Numbered from the stretch's first letter, positions 1 to 10,637 are shown. The stretch: 64,000 nt of DNA from an uncultured Alphaproteobacteria bacterium (GCA_963707975.1 OY970177.1:871484-935483), one strand, 5' to 3'. Numbers and translations: made by a program. Notes: generated by a model from the sequence alone, not told the origin.

Positions 1-282
1 GCAACCGGAATGATCGCGCGCCACGCGGTAAAAGACCATGTAGCCGCGATTTCCTGCGGGCTTATCGAAAACGTGCCCGTGCTCGATCTCGATTATACGG
101 AAGATTCGACCGCTGGCACGGACGCTAATTTCGTCATTACAGGCACGGGCGGGCTGGTGGAAGTGCAGGCGACGGCAGAAGGCGCCGCCTTCACGGAAGA
201 AGAACTCGGAAAATTGCTGTTGCTTGCGCGCAAAGGGGTTAGCGAATTGATCGCGCTGCAAAAACAGGTTTTGAAAAAATGA
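1..282 (+). CDS. rph: Ribonuclease PH, C-terminal portion (5' end outside window)
   Basis: The frame is open to the window edge. The translation ...[32 protein letters not shown]...[12 protein letters not shown] matches the RNase PH C-terminal core. It overlaps rdgB by 4 nt, which is typical rph-rdgB synteny. Confidence 0.85.
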   Translation, partial: ATGMIARHAVKDHVAAISCGLIENVPVLDLDYTEDSTAGTDANFVITGTGGLVEVQATAEGAAFTEEELGKLLLLARKGVSELIALQKQVLKK

Positions 283-896
283 CAGGACTCGCCCGCGGCG
301 CGCGCCTCGTGGTGGCAAGCCATAACCCGGGCAAGGTGCGCGAGATCGCAGAGCTGCTTTCGCACTTCGACATTCAGATAGTGGGCGCGGCAGAACTTGG
401 CCTTGCCGAACCTGAAGAAACCGGCGCCACATTCGCCGCCAACGCCGCGCTGAAAGCAGAAGCGGCGGCGGAAGCAGCAGGCATTTCCGCTCTGGCCGAT
501 GATTCAGGTCTGTGCGTTGTGGATCTTGATGGCGCACCCGGCATTCATTCCGCGCGCTGGGCGGGTCCAGGCAAGGACTTCGCTTCCTCCATGCGCCGCG
601 TTGAAAAAGAGTTGAAAGAAAAAAACGTCACGAACGCGCAAGCTTATTTCATTTGCGCGCTTGCGCTGGCGGTGCCAGGAGAGAAAACGGAAGTATTTGA
701 AGGGCGTGTAGACGGCAAACTCGTGTTTCCTCCGCGCGGAGACAAAGGCTTTGGCTATGATCCGATCTTTGCCGCCGATGGCGAGAAGCTTACCTTTGGC
801 GAAATGACGCCGGCGAAAAAACACGCCATCAGCCACCGTGCGCGTGCGTTTGAAAAATTGGCGCGCAGCAATCTGCTTCCAGCGAAAGCACGATGA
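279..896 (+). CDS. rdgB: Non-canonical purine NTP pyrophosphatase (RdgB/HAM1 family)
   Basis: 205-aa ORF with [13 protein letters not shown]..., FGYDPIF and SHRARA motifs typical of RdgB. It is translationally coupled to both neighbours. Confidence 0.9.
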   Translation: MTGLARGARLVVASHNPGKVREIAELLSHFDIQIVGAAELGLAEPEETGATFAANAALKAEAAAEAAGISALADDSGLCVVDLDGAPGIHSARWAGPGKDFASSMRRVEKELKEKNVTNAQAYFICALALAVPGEKTEVFEGRVDGKLVFPPRGDKGFGYDPIFAADGEKLTFGEMTPAKKHAISHRARAFEKLARSNLLPAKAR

Positions 897-2035
897 GCGA
901 GCCTTTCGGCATCTATGTGCATTGGCCCTATTGCCAGGCCAAATGCCCCTATTGCGATTTCAACAGCCACGTGCGGACAGAACTGGAGGAAGATCGCTGG
1001 TCGCGTGCGATTGCGCGCGAGCTTGCGGCAGTGGCCGAATTGCAAAATGGCGTGCGCCCGGAAGTGGAAAGCATTTTCTTCGGTGGCGGCACGCCGTCGC
1101 TGATGAGCGGCCGCGCAGTCGGCACCGTGCTTGAGGCGATTGGAAAGCTCTGGCCGCTTGCTAATGACGTTGAGATCACGCTCGAAGCCAATCCCTCAAG
1201 CGTCGAGCAACACCGCTTCCAGGATTACCGCGCCGCCGGCGTGAACCGGCTTTCAGTCGGCGTGCAGTCGCTTGACGATGCGGCGCTTAAGACGCTGGGC
1301 CGCATGCATAATGCGCAGGAAGCCCGCCGCGCGGTCAGGCTCGCCTCGGCAATCTTCCCGCGCGCCTCGTTCGATCTGATTTATGCGCGCCCCCATCACG
1401 CGCCCGCAGCCTGGGCCGAGGAACTCACCGCGGCGTTCAAGTTCGGCACGGAGCACATGTCGCTCTATCAGCTCACCATTGAGCCAAACACGCCATATGC
1501 GCAGCTTGCGCGCGAAGGCCGCCTCAAAGTGCCCGATGAAAATATGGCGGCAGAACTTTATGAAGTAACGCAGGAGATTTGCGAGGCCCACGGTTTTCCG
1601 GCCTACGAAATCTCCAATCATGCGCGCGCGGGCGCGGAAAGCCGTCACAATCTCATTTATTGGCGCTATGGCGATTATGCGGGCGTGGGGCCGGGCGCGC
1701 ATGGGCGCTTGACGCTCGGCGATCGGCGCGTGGCGACGCAGGCCGAGCGCCTGCCCGAACGCTGGCTCGCGCAGGTGGAAGAAAGGGGCGCTGGCTTCAC
1801 CGTTGAGAACATCGAAACAGCGGATTCCGCGCGCGAGCATTTGCTGATGGCGCTCAGGCTTGCGGAAGGAATCGATCTCTCCTCATACGCCGCGCGCTGG
1901 GGCCACGCGATTGCGCCCCAGCGCATCCAGGTGCTCGCGGCAAATGACCTGGTTACGCTTGAGAACAACCGCCTGAAGGCAAGCCCGCGCGGACGCCTGG
2001 TGCTCAACCAGCTGATAGCCGAGCTGGCGGATTAA
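893..2035 (+). CDS. hemW: Radical SAM heme chaperone HemW (HemN-like, oxygen-independent coproporphyrinogen oxidase family)
   Basis: CxxxCxxC radical-SAM motif ([11 protein letters not shown]), GGGTPS, and a HemN C-terminal domain. The rph-rdgB-hemW order is conserved. Confidence 0.85.
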   Translation: MSEPFGIYVHWPYCQAKCPYCDFNSHVRTELEEDRWSRAIARELAAVAELQNGVRPEVESIFFGGGTPSLMSGRAVGTVLEAIGKLWPLANDVEITLEANPSSVEQHRFQDYRAAGVNRLSVGVQSLDDAALKTLGRMHNAQEARRAVRLASAIFPRASFDLIYARPHHAPAAWAEELTAAFKFGTEHMSLYQLTIEPNTPYAQLAREGRLKVPDENMAAELYEVTQEICEAHGFPAYEISNHARAGAESRHNLIYWRYGDYAGVGPGAHGRLTLGDRRVATQAERLPERWLAQVEERGAGFTVENIETADSAREHLLMALRLAEGIDLSSYAARWGHAIAPQRIQVLAANDLVTLENNRLKASPRGRLVLNQLIAELAD

Positions 2036-3264
2036 AAACTTACCGCCTGGAATGTGGTGGGTGCAGGCGCAATCACCACGAACCCCGTGGGCTGCACTTC
2101 CAGAATGGCGAGCCCGCGTTCTGCCGAGCCGTCCTCATGGAAGCGGAAAATCCCATCCACACCCGAGAAGCCGTTGGGATCTGTGAGCGCAGCCGGCGTA
2201 AAGCGGCGATAGGGCGGGCCCTTGGCCAAAAGCGCCACCAGCGAGATGGCGTCATAGCCCAGGCTCGCGATGCGCGGCGGTTCCGCGCCATACATCAATT
2301 TGTATTTGTCGTCGAACATGCGCTCACCATCCAGCGCAGGCGCCGGGAACCAGCCACCCGCCAGCATCGGCTCGCGCATGATCGAGGTGTCGTCCCACAA
2401 TCCGGTGCCGAGGAACTTCACCGTGCGATTGGTGGCACCGGCGAGCGCCAGAGTTGGCGCGATGCTGCGCAACACCACGCCTCCTTGGGCAATGAGCACG
2501 GCGTCGGGGTGAGTGGCGGCGGTGGCCTGCACGGGCGGGCCCACTTCTTCCGGCTTGGGCACGAAGGTCGCGACGGTCGTGGCGGTTGCGCCCGCTGCCG
2601 TCACTGCCTCGCGGAAGGCGGCTGCTGCCTTGTCGCCGTAGGCGTTTTGCGGCACGAGAGCAGCAAACGCGATATGGCCGTGATGGGCGGCATAAGAGAT
2701 GATGTGCTTGACCTCATCCTCAAGCTGAAAGCTCAACAGATAAACGCCGTTGCCGCCGACAGAACGGTCGCTGGAAAAGGCTATCACCGGCACGTTATGC
2801 GCGCGCGCTATGGGCGCAACAGCCGTCACATTGCCCGCGAACAGTGGCCCAAGAATAATTTCCGCGCCGTCTGCGATGGCGCGGTCGGCGGCCGCTGCGG
2901 CGGCTCCGGGCGTGCCGCCATCGTCGCGCGGCATCAACAAGATGTCCGGATTGCCCGCATCGAACAGCGCCATTTCGGCCGCTTTCTCGATGCCGTTCGC
3001 CACTGCGCGCGCATCCACCGAACCGCTGGCATAGGGCAGCAACAGCGCCACCCGCACAGGCGTGTGTTCCGGCGCCATGCCGGGCAGGTGGAAGAAGCCA
3101 CGCTCGGCTTCCGGCGATGGCGGCGGCGGGGCCAAATTCGTCGCGGGTGCATTGGGCCCCTTTCCGGCGCAGGCCGCTATCGCAAGAGCGAATGCTATCG
3201 TGCAAAGTGCACGCGCCCAGTGGCGCTCTGGAGTTTTCAGGCGTGAGGCACAGGAAACATTCAT
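2032..3264 (-). CDS. Penicillin-binding protein activator LpoA-like lipoprotein (type-1 periplasmic binding fold)
   Basis: Lipobox ...FALAIAAC followed by a Leu/Ile/Val-binding-protein-like domain. It is divergent from rsmI, as lpoA (yraM) is in E. coli. The start is placed at Met19, but the ORF is open up to 3318. Confidence 0.65.
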   Translation of the reverse strand: MNVSCASRLKTPERHWARALCTIAFALAIAACAGKGPNAPATNLAPPPPSPEAERGFFHLPGMAPEHTPVRVALLLPYASGSVDARAVANGIEKAAEMALFDAGNPDILLMPRDDGGTPGAAAAAADRAIADGAEIILGPLFAGNVTAVAPIARAHNVPVIAFSSDRSVGGNGVYLLSFQLEDEVKHIISYAAHHGHIAFAALVPQNAYGDKAAAAFREAVTAAGATATTVATFVPKPEEVGPPVQATAATHPDAVLIAQGGVVLRSIAPTLALAGATNRTVKFLGTGLWDDTSIMREPMLAGGWFPAPALDGERMFDDKYKLMYGAEPPRIASLGYDAISLVALLAKGPPYRRFTPAALTDPNGFSGVDGIFRFHEDGSAERGLAILEVQPTGFVVIAPAPTTFQAVSF

Positions 3265-3330
3265 TGCCGTCTGCTCCTTTCCCGCCGGAACCGGGTTCGG
3301 CGCCCAGGCAGGATCCAAAGGGAGCCTAAA

Positions 3331-4203
3331 GTGCTACGAGCCTCCGGTAAATCGGCGCAGCAAAAAGAGCTTTCCCCCGGTCTTTATGTGGTGGCGACGC
3401 CTATTGGCAACGCTGCCGATATAAGCCTGCGGGCGCTCTACGTGTTGCAGGCTTGCGACGCCATAGTGGCGGAGGACACGCGGGTGACGGCCAAATTACT
3501 GGCGCTGCACGGGATCAGCCGTCCGCTCCTCACCTATAATGACCATAACGCTGCACGTGAGCGGCCGAAATTGCTGGCCCGGCTCGCAGGCGGGGCGGCG
3601 CTCGCGTTGGTGAGTGACGCCGGCACGCCGCTCATTTCAGATCCCGGCCACAAGCTGGTGCGCGAAGCGCGCGCCCAAGGCAGCGCCGTTTATGCGATTC
3701 CAGGCGCATCCGCGTTGCTGGCGGGGCTGAGCATTGCAGGCTTGCCAACGGATCGTTTTTTCTTCGCCGGATTTTTGCCAGCAAAAAAAGGCGAGCGGCG
3801 CGCCGCAATTGAAAAATTACGCGAGATCGACGCCACTCTTGTATTTTTCGAAAGCCCGCAGCGCTTGAAAGTTTCGCTTGCCGATATGGCGGAGATTCTC
3901 GGTGCCCGCGAGGCGGCGGTGGCGCGTGAGCTCACCAAGCTCCATGAAGAAGTGCGCCGCGGCACATTGCCGGAACTAGCGGCGCATTATTCGCAAGCTC
4001 AGCCTAAAGGCGAAATCACCCTCATCCTTGCGCCGCCGGCAGAAGCCGCACCCATGGGCGAGGCGAAAGTCGATGCGCTGCTCGTCCAGGCGCTGCCGCA
4101 TATGCCGGTGAAAGCGGCTGCGGCGCTGGTGGCGGAGGCCACCGGCCATGCTAAGCGCACTGTTTATTCCCGCGCACTGGCGCTGAAGAGCAAACATGAC
4201 TGA
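3331..4203 (+). CDS. rsmI: 16S rRNA (cytidine1402-2'-O)-methyltransferase
   Basis: Tetrapyrrole-methylase fold with N-terminus LYVVATPIGNAADISLRAL, plus GASA and ESPQR motifs. GTG start. Confidence 0.9.
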   Translation: MLRASGKSAQQKELSPGLYVVATPIGNAADISLRALYVLQACDAIVAEDTRVTAKLLALHGISRPLLTYNDHNAARERPKLLARLAGGAALALVSDAGTPLISDPGHKLVREARAQGSAVYAIPGASALLAGLSIAGLPTDRFFFAGFLPAKKGERRAAIEKLREIDATLVFFESPQRLKVSLADMAEILGAREAAVARELTKLHEEVRRGTLPELAAHYSQAQPKGEITLILAPPAEAAPMGEAKVDALLVQALPHMPVKAAAALVAEATGHAKRTVYSRALALKSKHD

Positions 4204-4588
4204 AACGCGGCGCAAAAATGGTACTTCGCGCCGCGCAGCCGAAACGCGCGGATGCAAAGGTGAAATGCTCGCCGCGATTTAACTTACGCTCAAGGGCTAT
4301 CGCATCTTGGAAAGGCGCCTGCGCACGGCAATGGGCGAACTCGATCTGGTGGAGCGGAGCCCGTCTGGCGACATTTGTTTCATCGAGGTCAAGGCGCGGC
4401 CCCGCGCCGCGGAAGCCGCGGAATCCATTCTTCCCCGCCAGCGCGAGCGCATTGCGCGCGCGGCAGCCCTTTACTTGAGCGCCCGGCCCGCATTACGCCA
4501 CAAAGGCGTGCGATTCGACGCCATCCTGATTGCGCCCAGCCACTGGCCGCTGCACCTGAAAGACGCATGGCGACCAGAGGATTTGTGA
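4196..4588 (+). pseudogene. yraN: YraN-family (UPF0102) endonuclease gene interrupted by an in-frame TAA at 4280-4282
   Basis: ATG 4196 overlaps the rsmI stop (ATGACTGA). The frame reads MTETRRKNGTSRRAAETRGCKGEMLAAI*LTLKGYRILERRLRTAMGELDLVERSPSGDICFIEVKAR.... The stop sits at the conserved aromatic position of the family motif A-A-x-[YWF]-L-x-x-x-G-Y. Without the stop the gene would be 130 codons, a normal YraN length. Confidence 0.7.
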
Positions 4589-4619
4589 TTGTCAGTTGCT
4601 GCAGTGAAAGGAGTACCGC

Positions 4620-5246
4620 ATGAGCCCCCGTTTGCCCCTTCTTGCCCTCGGTTTCGTTTTTCTTCTGGCGCCCGCGATATCTGGCTGCGCACTCATGGTT
4701 GCCGGCGGCGCCGTCGCCGGTGTCAGTGCCGCGCGCCAGGAACGCACCATCGGCAATGCGGTTGACGATATGCGCATCAAGTCGGCAATCGTCTCACAGC
4801 TCGAAAGCCAATCGGCCAATAGCTTTCTAAATGTTTCGGTAACCGTAATCGAGGGCCGCGTGCTGCTTACGGGCCGGGTCGAGAAACCGGAAACCCGGCT
4901 CGATGCCACGCGCGCCGCCTGGAACGTGGATGGGGTGAAAAAAGTCGATAACGATATCGAAGTCACCGACGACACCGGCTGGTTCGACCGGCCGAACGAT
5001 ATCCTGATCCGCACTACGCTTGCGGGCCAGCTGCTCACCGATCCGGACATCAAGGACGTGAATTACACTATCGATTGCGTCAATGGGGTCGTCTATCTGA
5101 TGGGTGTCGGGCAGGATAAGGAAGAAGTGGACCGCGTGGTCGCGCATGCCCGCGCCGTTTCAGGCGTGCATAAAGTAGAAAATTACGTGGTGCTGAAGAA
5201 CGACCCGATGCGCTATGGCGAAGGGACAGACGAACACCATTCATGA
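4620..5246 (+). CDS. BON-domain lipoprotein (DolP/YraP/OsmY-like)
   Basis: Lipobox LLAPAISGC followed by two BON-like modules (...VSVTVIEGRVLLTGRV..., ...TIDCVNGVVYLMGVG...). It occupies the position of yraP after yraN. Confidence 0.8.
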   Translation: MSPRLPLLALGFVFLLAPAISGCALMVAGGAVAGVSAARQERTIGNAVDDMRIKSAIVSQLESQSANSFLNVSVTVIEGRVLLTGRVEKPETRLDATRAAWNVDGVKKVDNDIEVTDDTGWFDRPNDILIRTTLAGQLLTDPDIKDVNYTIDCVNGVVYLMGVGQDKEEVDRVVAHARAVSGVHKVENYVVLKNDPMRYGEGTDEHHS

Positions 5247-6076
5247 AAGCCAAGAGCGCAAAGCCGGCAGAATATTTGCAGGCACTCGGTGAAGCGGGCG
5301 ATGGGCCCCACGATATCGCCGAGGCAGCCCTCATGCTCGCGGCGCTCGATCACGCTGACCGCAAGCTTGCGCCTTATGAGGCGCACCTCGTGGAAATGGG
5401 CGCGGCCGCGCGCGCCGAGGCGATTTACGCCCGCAACGCCGAAACGGCGGGCCGTGTGTTGGCCTCGGTGCTGGCCGGGCATTACGGTTATGACGGCGAT
5501 CGTATCAATTTTGAGGATCCGCAGAACGCCGATCTGATGAGCGTCATCGACCGCCGGCGCGGCATTCCGGTGTCGCTCGGCATTCTTTATATCCATGCCG
5601 CGCGTGCGGGCGGGCTCAGCGCCTGCGGGCTTTCGGCGCCAGGGCATTTTCTTCTCATGGTGGGCTTGCGCGGGGCCGAGGCGCTAATCGATCCTTTTCA
5701 TGGCGGCGCCGCGCTTGATCGCGAACGCTTGAGCGCCATGCCCGCGCTTGCCGCTCCCGGCGTGCCGGAAGACACGCGCATTTACGAGCCCGTCAGCGAC
5801 ACCGATGTGCTGTTGCGCCTGCAGAGCGCGCTCAAGACCCGAGCCATCCAGATGAACAAGCCCGAACGCGCGCTCGAAATCGCGAGCCGCATGGTGCTGA
5901 TCGCTCCCAAGCGCGCCGAGCTGTGGGTGGAGCTTGGCCGCATGCAAGAGGCGGTGGGCGCGCTGGGCGCCGCGCGTGCGGCTTACGAAAACTGCCTCTC
6001 TCTTGCGAAATCGGGCGAGCCGCTGCACAACGAGGCGGCGCTCGCGCTCGACGCCTTGAAGCGCAGGCTCAATTAG
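5243..6076 (+). CDS. SirB1-like transglutaminase/TPR family protein (UPF0162)
   Basis: Core RRRGIPVSLGILYIHAARAGGL...APGHFLL...IDPFHGG is typical of the SirB1 N-terminal domain. The C-terminus is TPR-like. Confidence 0.6.
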   Translation: MKAKSAKPAEYLQALGEAGDGPHDIAEAALMLAALDHADRKLAPYEAHLVEMGAAARAEAIYARNAETAGRVLASVLAGHYGYDGDRINFEDPQNADLMSVIDRRRGIPVSLGILYIHAARAGGLSACGLSAPGHFLLMVGLRGAEALIDPFHGGAALDRERLSAMPALAAPGVPEDTRIYEPVSDTDVLLRLQSALKTRAIQMNKPERALEIASRMVLIAPKRAELWVELGRMQEAVGALGAARAAYENCLSLAKSGEPLHNEAALALDALKRRLN

Positions 6077-6085
6077 GGGCGAACC

Positions 6086-7033
6086 ATGGCTCTCACCGTC
6101 GCCATCCAGATGGACCCTATCGAGCGCATCGACATCGCGGCCGATTCCACTTTTGCGCTTGCCCTTGAAGCCCAGGCAAGAAGCAACAAGCTTCTCTATT
6201 ACGGGCCGCGCGAGCTTACATTCCGCGACGGCCGGGTGAGCGCGCGCGTGCGTCCGCTCTCCGTGCGCAATGTGAAAGGCGATCATTTCAAGCTCGGCCA
6301 GCCTGCAGTGCTCGATTTGACGCAGGCTGATGTGGTGCTGATGCGCCAGGACCCGCCTTTCGACATGGCCTATATAACAGCCACCCATATCCTGGAGCGC
6401 ATTCATCCCAAGACGCTGGTGGTCAACGATCCGTTTCATGTGCGCAACGCGCCGGAAAAGCTTTTCGTCACTCAGTACAAGAATTTGATGCCGCCGACGC
6501 TGATCACCTCGGACCGCGAGGAAATTCGCCAGTTCCGCGACATGCATAAGGACATCATCCTGAAGCCCATTTACGGCAATGGTGGCGCAGGCGTGTTTCG
6601 CCTGAAACCCGACGATGAAAATCTGGGCGCCATGCTGGAAATGCTGACAGGGTTTTATCGCGAGCCTGTCATCGTGCAGCGTTATGTGCCGGAAGTGCGC
6701 AAGGGCGACAAACGCATCATTCTGGTGGAAGGCGAAGCCGTGGGCGCCATCAACCGCGTGCCGGCCGAAGGCGAGGCGCGCTCCAACATGCATGTGGGGG
6801 GCAGGCCGGAGCCAGTAGAAATGAGCGCGCGCGACCATGCCATCTGCAAGGCCATCGGGCCGGAATTAAAAAAACGCGGGCTCATCTTCGCCGGCATCGA
6901 CGTGATCGGCGATTACCTGACCGAGATCAACGTCACCTCGCCGACCGGCATTGCCGAGATAAAGCGCTTCGGCGGCGCAGATATCGCGGCCCTCATCTGG
7001 AATGCGATCGACGCGCGGCTCGCCCGCTCTTGA
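6086..7033 (+). CDS. gshB: Glutathione synthetase
   Basis: 315-aa prokaryotic GshB: N-terminal [24 protein letters not shown] and an ATP-grasp C-terminus ([32 protein letters not shown]). Confidence 0.92.
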   Translation: MALTVAIQMDPIERIDIAADSTFALALEAQARSNKLLYYGPRELTFRDGRVSARVRPLSVRNVKGDHFKLGQPAVLDLTQADVVLMRQDPPFDMAYITATHILERIHPKTLVVNDPFHVRNAPEKLFVTQYKNLMPPTLITSDREEIRQFRDMHKDIILKPIYGNGGAGVFRLKPDDENLGAMLEMLTGFYREPVIVQRYVPEVRKGDKRIILVEGEAVGAINRVPAEGEARSNMHVGGRPEPVEMSARDHAICKAIGPELKKRGLIFAGIDVIGDYLTEINVTSPTGIAEIKRFGGADIAALIWNAIDARLARS

Positions 7034-7069
7034 AACACCGCAACCCTAAAGGGTGCGCCCGCCAGCCTC

Positions 7070-8143
7070 TTGCTAGCGCGCGGGATTTCCGGCCAAATGC
7101 GGGCCATGAACGCCGATGTCGCACCCGTAACGCTCGATGCCGCGCTTTATCGCGGGCCCGCGACCTATGCCCGCGAGCGCGAAAGCGTGTTCGCGCGCGC
7201 CTGGCATCTCTTCACCCATGAAAGCCTGCTGCCTAGGCCAGGCTCCTATGTGGCCGAGACGATTGCGGGCTATCCCATCATCGCGGTGAGAGGCGAAGAC
7301 GGCGTCATTCGCACCTTCCACAATGTCTGCCGCCACCGTGCCGGGCCCTTGGCCGAGGATGGCGAGGGGGTTTGCGAGCGTGCGCTCACCTGCAAATATC
7401 ACGGCTGGCGTTATGCGCTGGATGGCCGCCTGATGGCCGCGCGCGATTTTGGCCCCGTGGCCGGCTTCAATGCGCGCGATTACGGTTTGGTGCCGCTCGC
7501 CTGCGACATCTGGCGCGGTTTTGTTTTCGTCAATATTGAACGCAATGCGACGCCGCTTGCCACCGCATTGGCGCCTTTTACCGCGCGTTCGGCCCAATTT
7601 CCCTTCGAGAATTTCCGCTTCACCATGCGGACCACGCATGACATAACCTGCAACTGGAAAACCTATGTCGAGAATTATCTCGAGGGTTATCACATTCCGA
7701 TCATCCACCCGGCGCTCGACAGCCAGATCGAATCCAAGGTGTATGAGGTCGAAACCGTGCCGCCGCTGGTGTTCTATCGCGCGCCGCCGCTTGCCGATGC
7801 GACCGTGGCAGGTCTGTGGGCGTGGCTGTGGCCTACGCTCGGCGCCAATATCTACACCCATGGCGTGATGATGGAGCGGATGTGGCCCTTGGGCCCCAAC
7901 CGCACGCGGTTAGATTATCTCTATTTCTTTGCGCCCGATGTCGCGCGCGATCACATTGAGCGCACGGTCAAGACATCTGAAATCACCACCGGCGAAGATA
8001 TCCGCATCTGCGAAGCTGTGCAGCGCAATCTCGATGCCGGCATCTACACGAACGGCCGCCTATCACCCAAGCACGAGATGGGCGTGGCGTGGTTCCAGGC
8101 CGAAGTTAAGGCCGCCCTAGGCAATCTCGCCATTTCCGCGTGA
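7070..8143 (+). CDS. Rieske [2Fe-2S] aromatic-ring-hydroxylating oxygenase, alpha subunit family
   Basis: Rieske motif CRHRAGPL...CKYHGWRY and a C-terminal mononuclear-iron catalytic domain (NYLEGYHIPIIHP). The start could be an internal Met a few codons downstream. Confidence 0.8.
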   Translation: MLARGISGQMRAMNADVAPVTLDAALYRGPATYARERESVFARAWHLFTHESLLPRPGSYVAETIAGYPIIAVRGEDGVIRTFHNVCRHRAGPLAEDGEGVCERALTCKYHGWRYALDGRLMAARDFGPVAGFNARDYGLVPLACDIWRGFVFVNIERNATPLATALAPFTARSAQFPFENFRFTMRTTHDITCNWKTYVENYLEGYHIPIIHPALDSQIESKVYEVETVPPLVFYRAPPLADATVAGLWAWLWPTLGANIYTHGVMMERMWPLGPNRTRLDYLYFFAPDVARDHIERTVKTSEITTGEDIRICEAVQRNLDAGIYTNGRLSPKHEMGVAWFQAEVKAALGNLAISA

Positions 8144-8329
8144 CCGCAATCCTGCATTTGCGCGGCTGCGCTGAACCTGTCCTGAATCGCCTGAGAGTGG
8201 GGCGTGGCCGTCGCGCGTATCTGCGTGGTCGCCTTCGAAGGCTTTGAGGCGCGTGAGATGGACGTGCTGGCTCGCATTGTCAAAGCCATTTCTTATCACC
8301 GCATTGCGCATGCGTGCTGAAGTTTGCGC

Positions 8330-8971
8330 TTAGTGCACGAACTCGATCACCATGGCGCTGAAATGCAAGCCCGCGGCCGTCAGCACCATTGCGTGCCACA
8401 GCGCGTTGTTGAAGGGCACGCGCCGCAGCAGATAAACGCCCAGACCGAGCGAATAGAGAACACCGCCCGCAGCCAGGAGCCAAAGCGCTGTTGCCGAAAC
8501 CGAATGATAAAATGGAATTATGCCGGGCAGGATCATCCAGCCCATGACAAGATAAAGAACCACTTTGAACGCTTCGAAGCGGCGCGGGTACCAAAGCGCC
8601 AGGACGATGCCGAGCGCGGCTGCCAGCCACACGCTTATGCCGATGGCGGCGCCCACCGCGCCATCGAGGCGGTGCATGGCGAATGGCGTGTAAGTACCTG
8701 CGATCATTACATAAATCGTGGCGTGATCAGCGCGCCGGAAGAGCTCCTTCAGATGACTTGCCGGGGTGAGATTGTAAAGCGCCGACACCAGCAGCATCGA
8801 GATCAGGCCAAGACCGTAAACCGCAAGGCTGAGACCCGCCTCGAGATGGGTCGCCTGCCAGAACAGCCATGTTGTGGCGATGAGTGCCGCGCTTACGCCG
8901 ATGACGTGAACAGCCGCGTCGGCGCGCTGCTCGGCCACACTGTAGGAAGGAAACTCATACGCCCTGCCCAT
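8330..8971 (-). CDS. Hemolysin III / PAQR family membrane protein
   Basis: Seven predicted TM segments. Family features include N-terminal ...EQRADAAVHVIG, ...HATIYVMIAGTYTPF, and C-terminal H..V...A..H. The ATG at 8971 is preferred; the ORF is open to a TTG at 9013 that overlaps the pstB stop. Confidence 0.8.
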   Translation of the reverse strand: MGRAYEFPSYSVAEQRADAAVHVIGVSAALIATTWLFWQATHLEAGLSLAVYGLGLISMLLVSALYNLTPASHLKELFRRADHATIYVMIAGTYTPFAMHRLDGAVGAAIGISVWLAAALGIVLALWYPRRFEAFKVVLYLVMGWMILPGIIPFYHSVSATALWLLAAGGVLYSLGLGVYLLRRVPFNNALWHAMVLTAAGLHFSAMVIEFVH

Positions 8972-9009
8972 CGCCGTAATTATCGGCGAGGACGCGGTCG
9001 CGCGCAACC

Positions 9010-9774
9010 TCAACCAAAGCGGCCAGTGATGTAATCCTCGGTGCGTTTGTTGGTAGGTGCGGTAAAGACGCCTTCGGTGGCACCGTATTCGACCAGCTCG
9101 CCTAAAAACATGAACGCGGTGTAATCGGATACGCGGCTGGCCTGCTGCATGTTATGCGTCACGATGGCGATGGTGTATTCGGCCGATAATTCGTTGATCA
9201 ATTCTTCGATCTTCGCAGTGGAAATGGGATCAAGCGCCGAGCAGGGCTCGTCGAGCAGAATGATTTCGGGCTTGATCGCCACCGAACGCGCGATGCACAG
9301 CCGCTGCTGCTGGCCGCCGGAAAGGCTGGTGCCGCTGGCGTGCAGTTTGTCTTTCACCTCGTCCCACAGGGCCGCGCGATTGAGCGCGTTCTCAATGCGG
9401 CCCTCCAGCTCCGATCTCGGCAGTCTCTCGTAAAGCTGAATGCCGAAGGCGATGTTGTCGAAGATGGTCATGGGAAAGGGCGTGGGCTTCTGGAACACCA
9501 TGCCGATCTTGGCGCGCAGCAAATTAAGATCCTGGCGGCTGGAAAGAATATCCTTGCCGTCCATCAGAACTTTGCCGACCGCGCGCTGACCCGGATAAAG
9601 GTCATAGATGCGGTTGAGCACGCGCAACAGCGTGGACTTGCCGCAGCCGGATGGACCGATGAAGGCCGTGACCTTGTGCTCGTACAAGGGCAGTGAGATG
9701 TCGGTCAGCGCCTTCGTGGCTCCGTAATAAAATGACAGCTTGCGGATATCGACCTTGATTTTTTCTCCAGTCAT
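9010..9774 (-). CDS. pstB: Phosphate ABC transporter ATP-binding protein
   Basis: Walker [10 protein letters not shown], signature [13 protein letters not shown], Walker B ILLDEP. PstB-specific N- and C-termini. Last gene of the pstSCAB order. Confidence 0.95.
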   Translation of the reverse strand: MTGEKIKVDIRKLSFYYGATKALTDISLPLYEHKVTAFIGPSGCGKSTLLRVLNRIYDLYPGQRAVGKVLMDGKDILSSRQDLNLLRAKIGMVFQKPTPFPMTIFDNIAFGIQLYERLPRSELEGRIENALNRAALWDEVKDKLHASGTSLSGGQQQRLCIARSVAIKPEIILLDEPCSALDPISTAKIEELINELSAEYTIAIVTHNMQQASRVSDYTAFMFLGELVEYGATEGVFTAPTNKRTEDYITGRFG

Positions 9775-10637
9775 GATGGCCTCCGCTCCGTATGCGATTC
9801 CAGGACCCGGGCAAGAATGCTCAAGGCGAGCACAGTCAAAGTGATAAGCAGCGCGCCGCCCCAGGCCAGCCGGTGCCAGCCCTCATAAGGGCTGATGGCG
9901 AATTGGAAAATCACCACCGGCAGATTTGCAATCGGCGCATTGACGTCAGTGCTCCAGAACTGGTTGTTGAGCGCGGTGAAGAGCAAGGGCGCGGTCTCGC
10001 CCGAAATGCGCGCGACCGCCAGCAAGGCGCCGGTTATCATGCCAGCCCGTGCCGCGCGCCAGGTGATGTGCGCTATAACACGCGCGCGCGGCGCGCCGAG
10101 AGCTGCGGCAGCTTCCCGCAGCGTGTTGGGAATAAGCAGCAACATGCCTTCGGTGGTGCGCACGACGACGGGAATGACGATGGTGGCGAGTGCAAAGGCG
10201 CCGGCCAACGCGGAAAAATGGCCCATTGTCACCACCATGATCTCGTACACGAACAGGCCCAACACGATAGACGGCGCCGAAAGTAGGATGTCATTGGTGA
10301 AGCGGATTACGAAAGCGAGCTTGGTGTGGCGGCCATATTCGGCCAGATAAGTGCCCGCCAAAATGCCAATGGGCGTGCCGACCAGGACTGCAATACTGGT
10401 CATGATCAGGCTACCGACGATGGGGTTCAGCAAGCCGCCGCCCTCTCCCGGTGGTGGTGGCGTCATTTCAGTAAACATTTTTAGATCAATTGCGCTAAAT
10501 CCTTCGTAAAGCAGCGTGCCTAGGATAAAGCCGAGAAAAGTTAGCCCAAATGCGGTCGCAATCACCGACAACCCAAGTAAAACGACATTGTTCAGGCGCC
10601 TAGAGCCATAACGGCTGCGATTGATATTCGCGGTCAT
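9771..10637 (-). CDS. pstA: Phosphate ABC transporter permease PstA
   Basis: Six-TM permease with the EAA-like loop ([14 protein letters not shown]). It overlaps pstB and pstC by 4 nt each. Confidence 0.92.
   Translation of the reverse strand: MTANINRSRYGSRRLNNVVLLGLSVIATAFGLTFLGFILGTLLYEGFSAIDLKMFTEMTPPPPGEGGGLLNPIVGSLIMTSIAVLVGTPIGILAGTYLAEYGRHTKLAFVIRFTNDILLSAPSIVLGLFVYEIMVVTMGHFSALAGAFALATIVIPVVVRTTEGMLLLIPNTLREAAAALGAPRARVIAHITWRAARAGMITGALLAVARISGETAPLLFTALNNQFWSTDVNAPIANLPVVIFQFAISPYEGWHRLAWGGALLITLTVLALSILARVLESHTERRPS

Noticed and set aside
5684-6838. 384-aa ORF antisense to gshB. Similar long antisense ORFs lie at 7073-7861, 17624-18934, 24410-25204, 40081-40824, 55159-56205 and 60664-61758.
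   Set aside because: Their translations are Arg/Ala/Gly/His-rich with no recognisable motifs. Each lies exactly opposite a well-supported gene. Long shadow ORFs like these are typical of GC-rich DNA.
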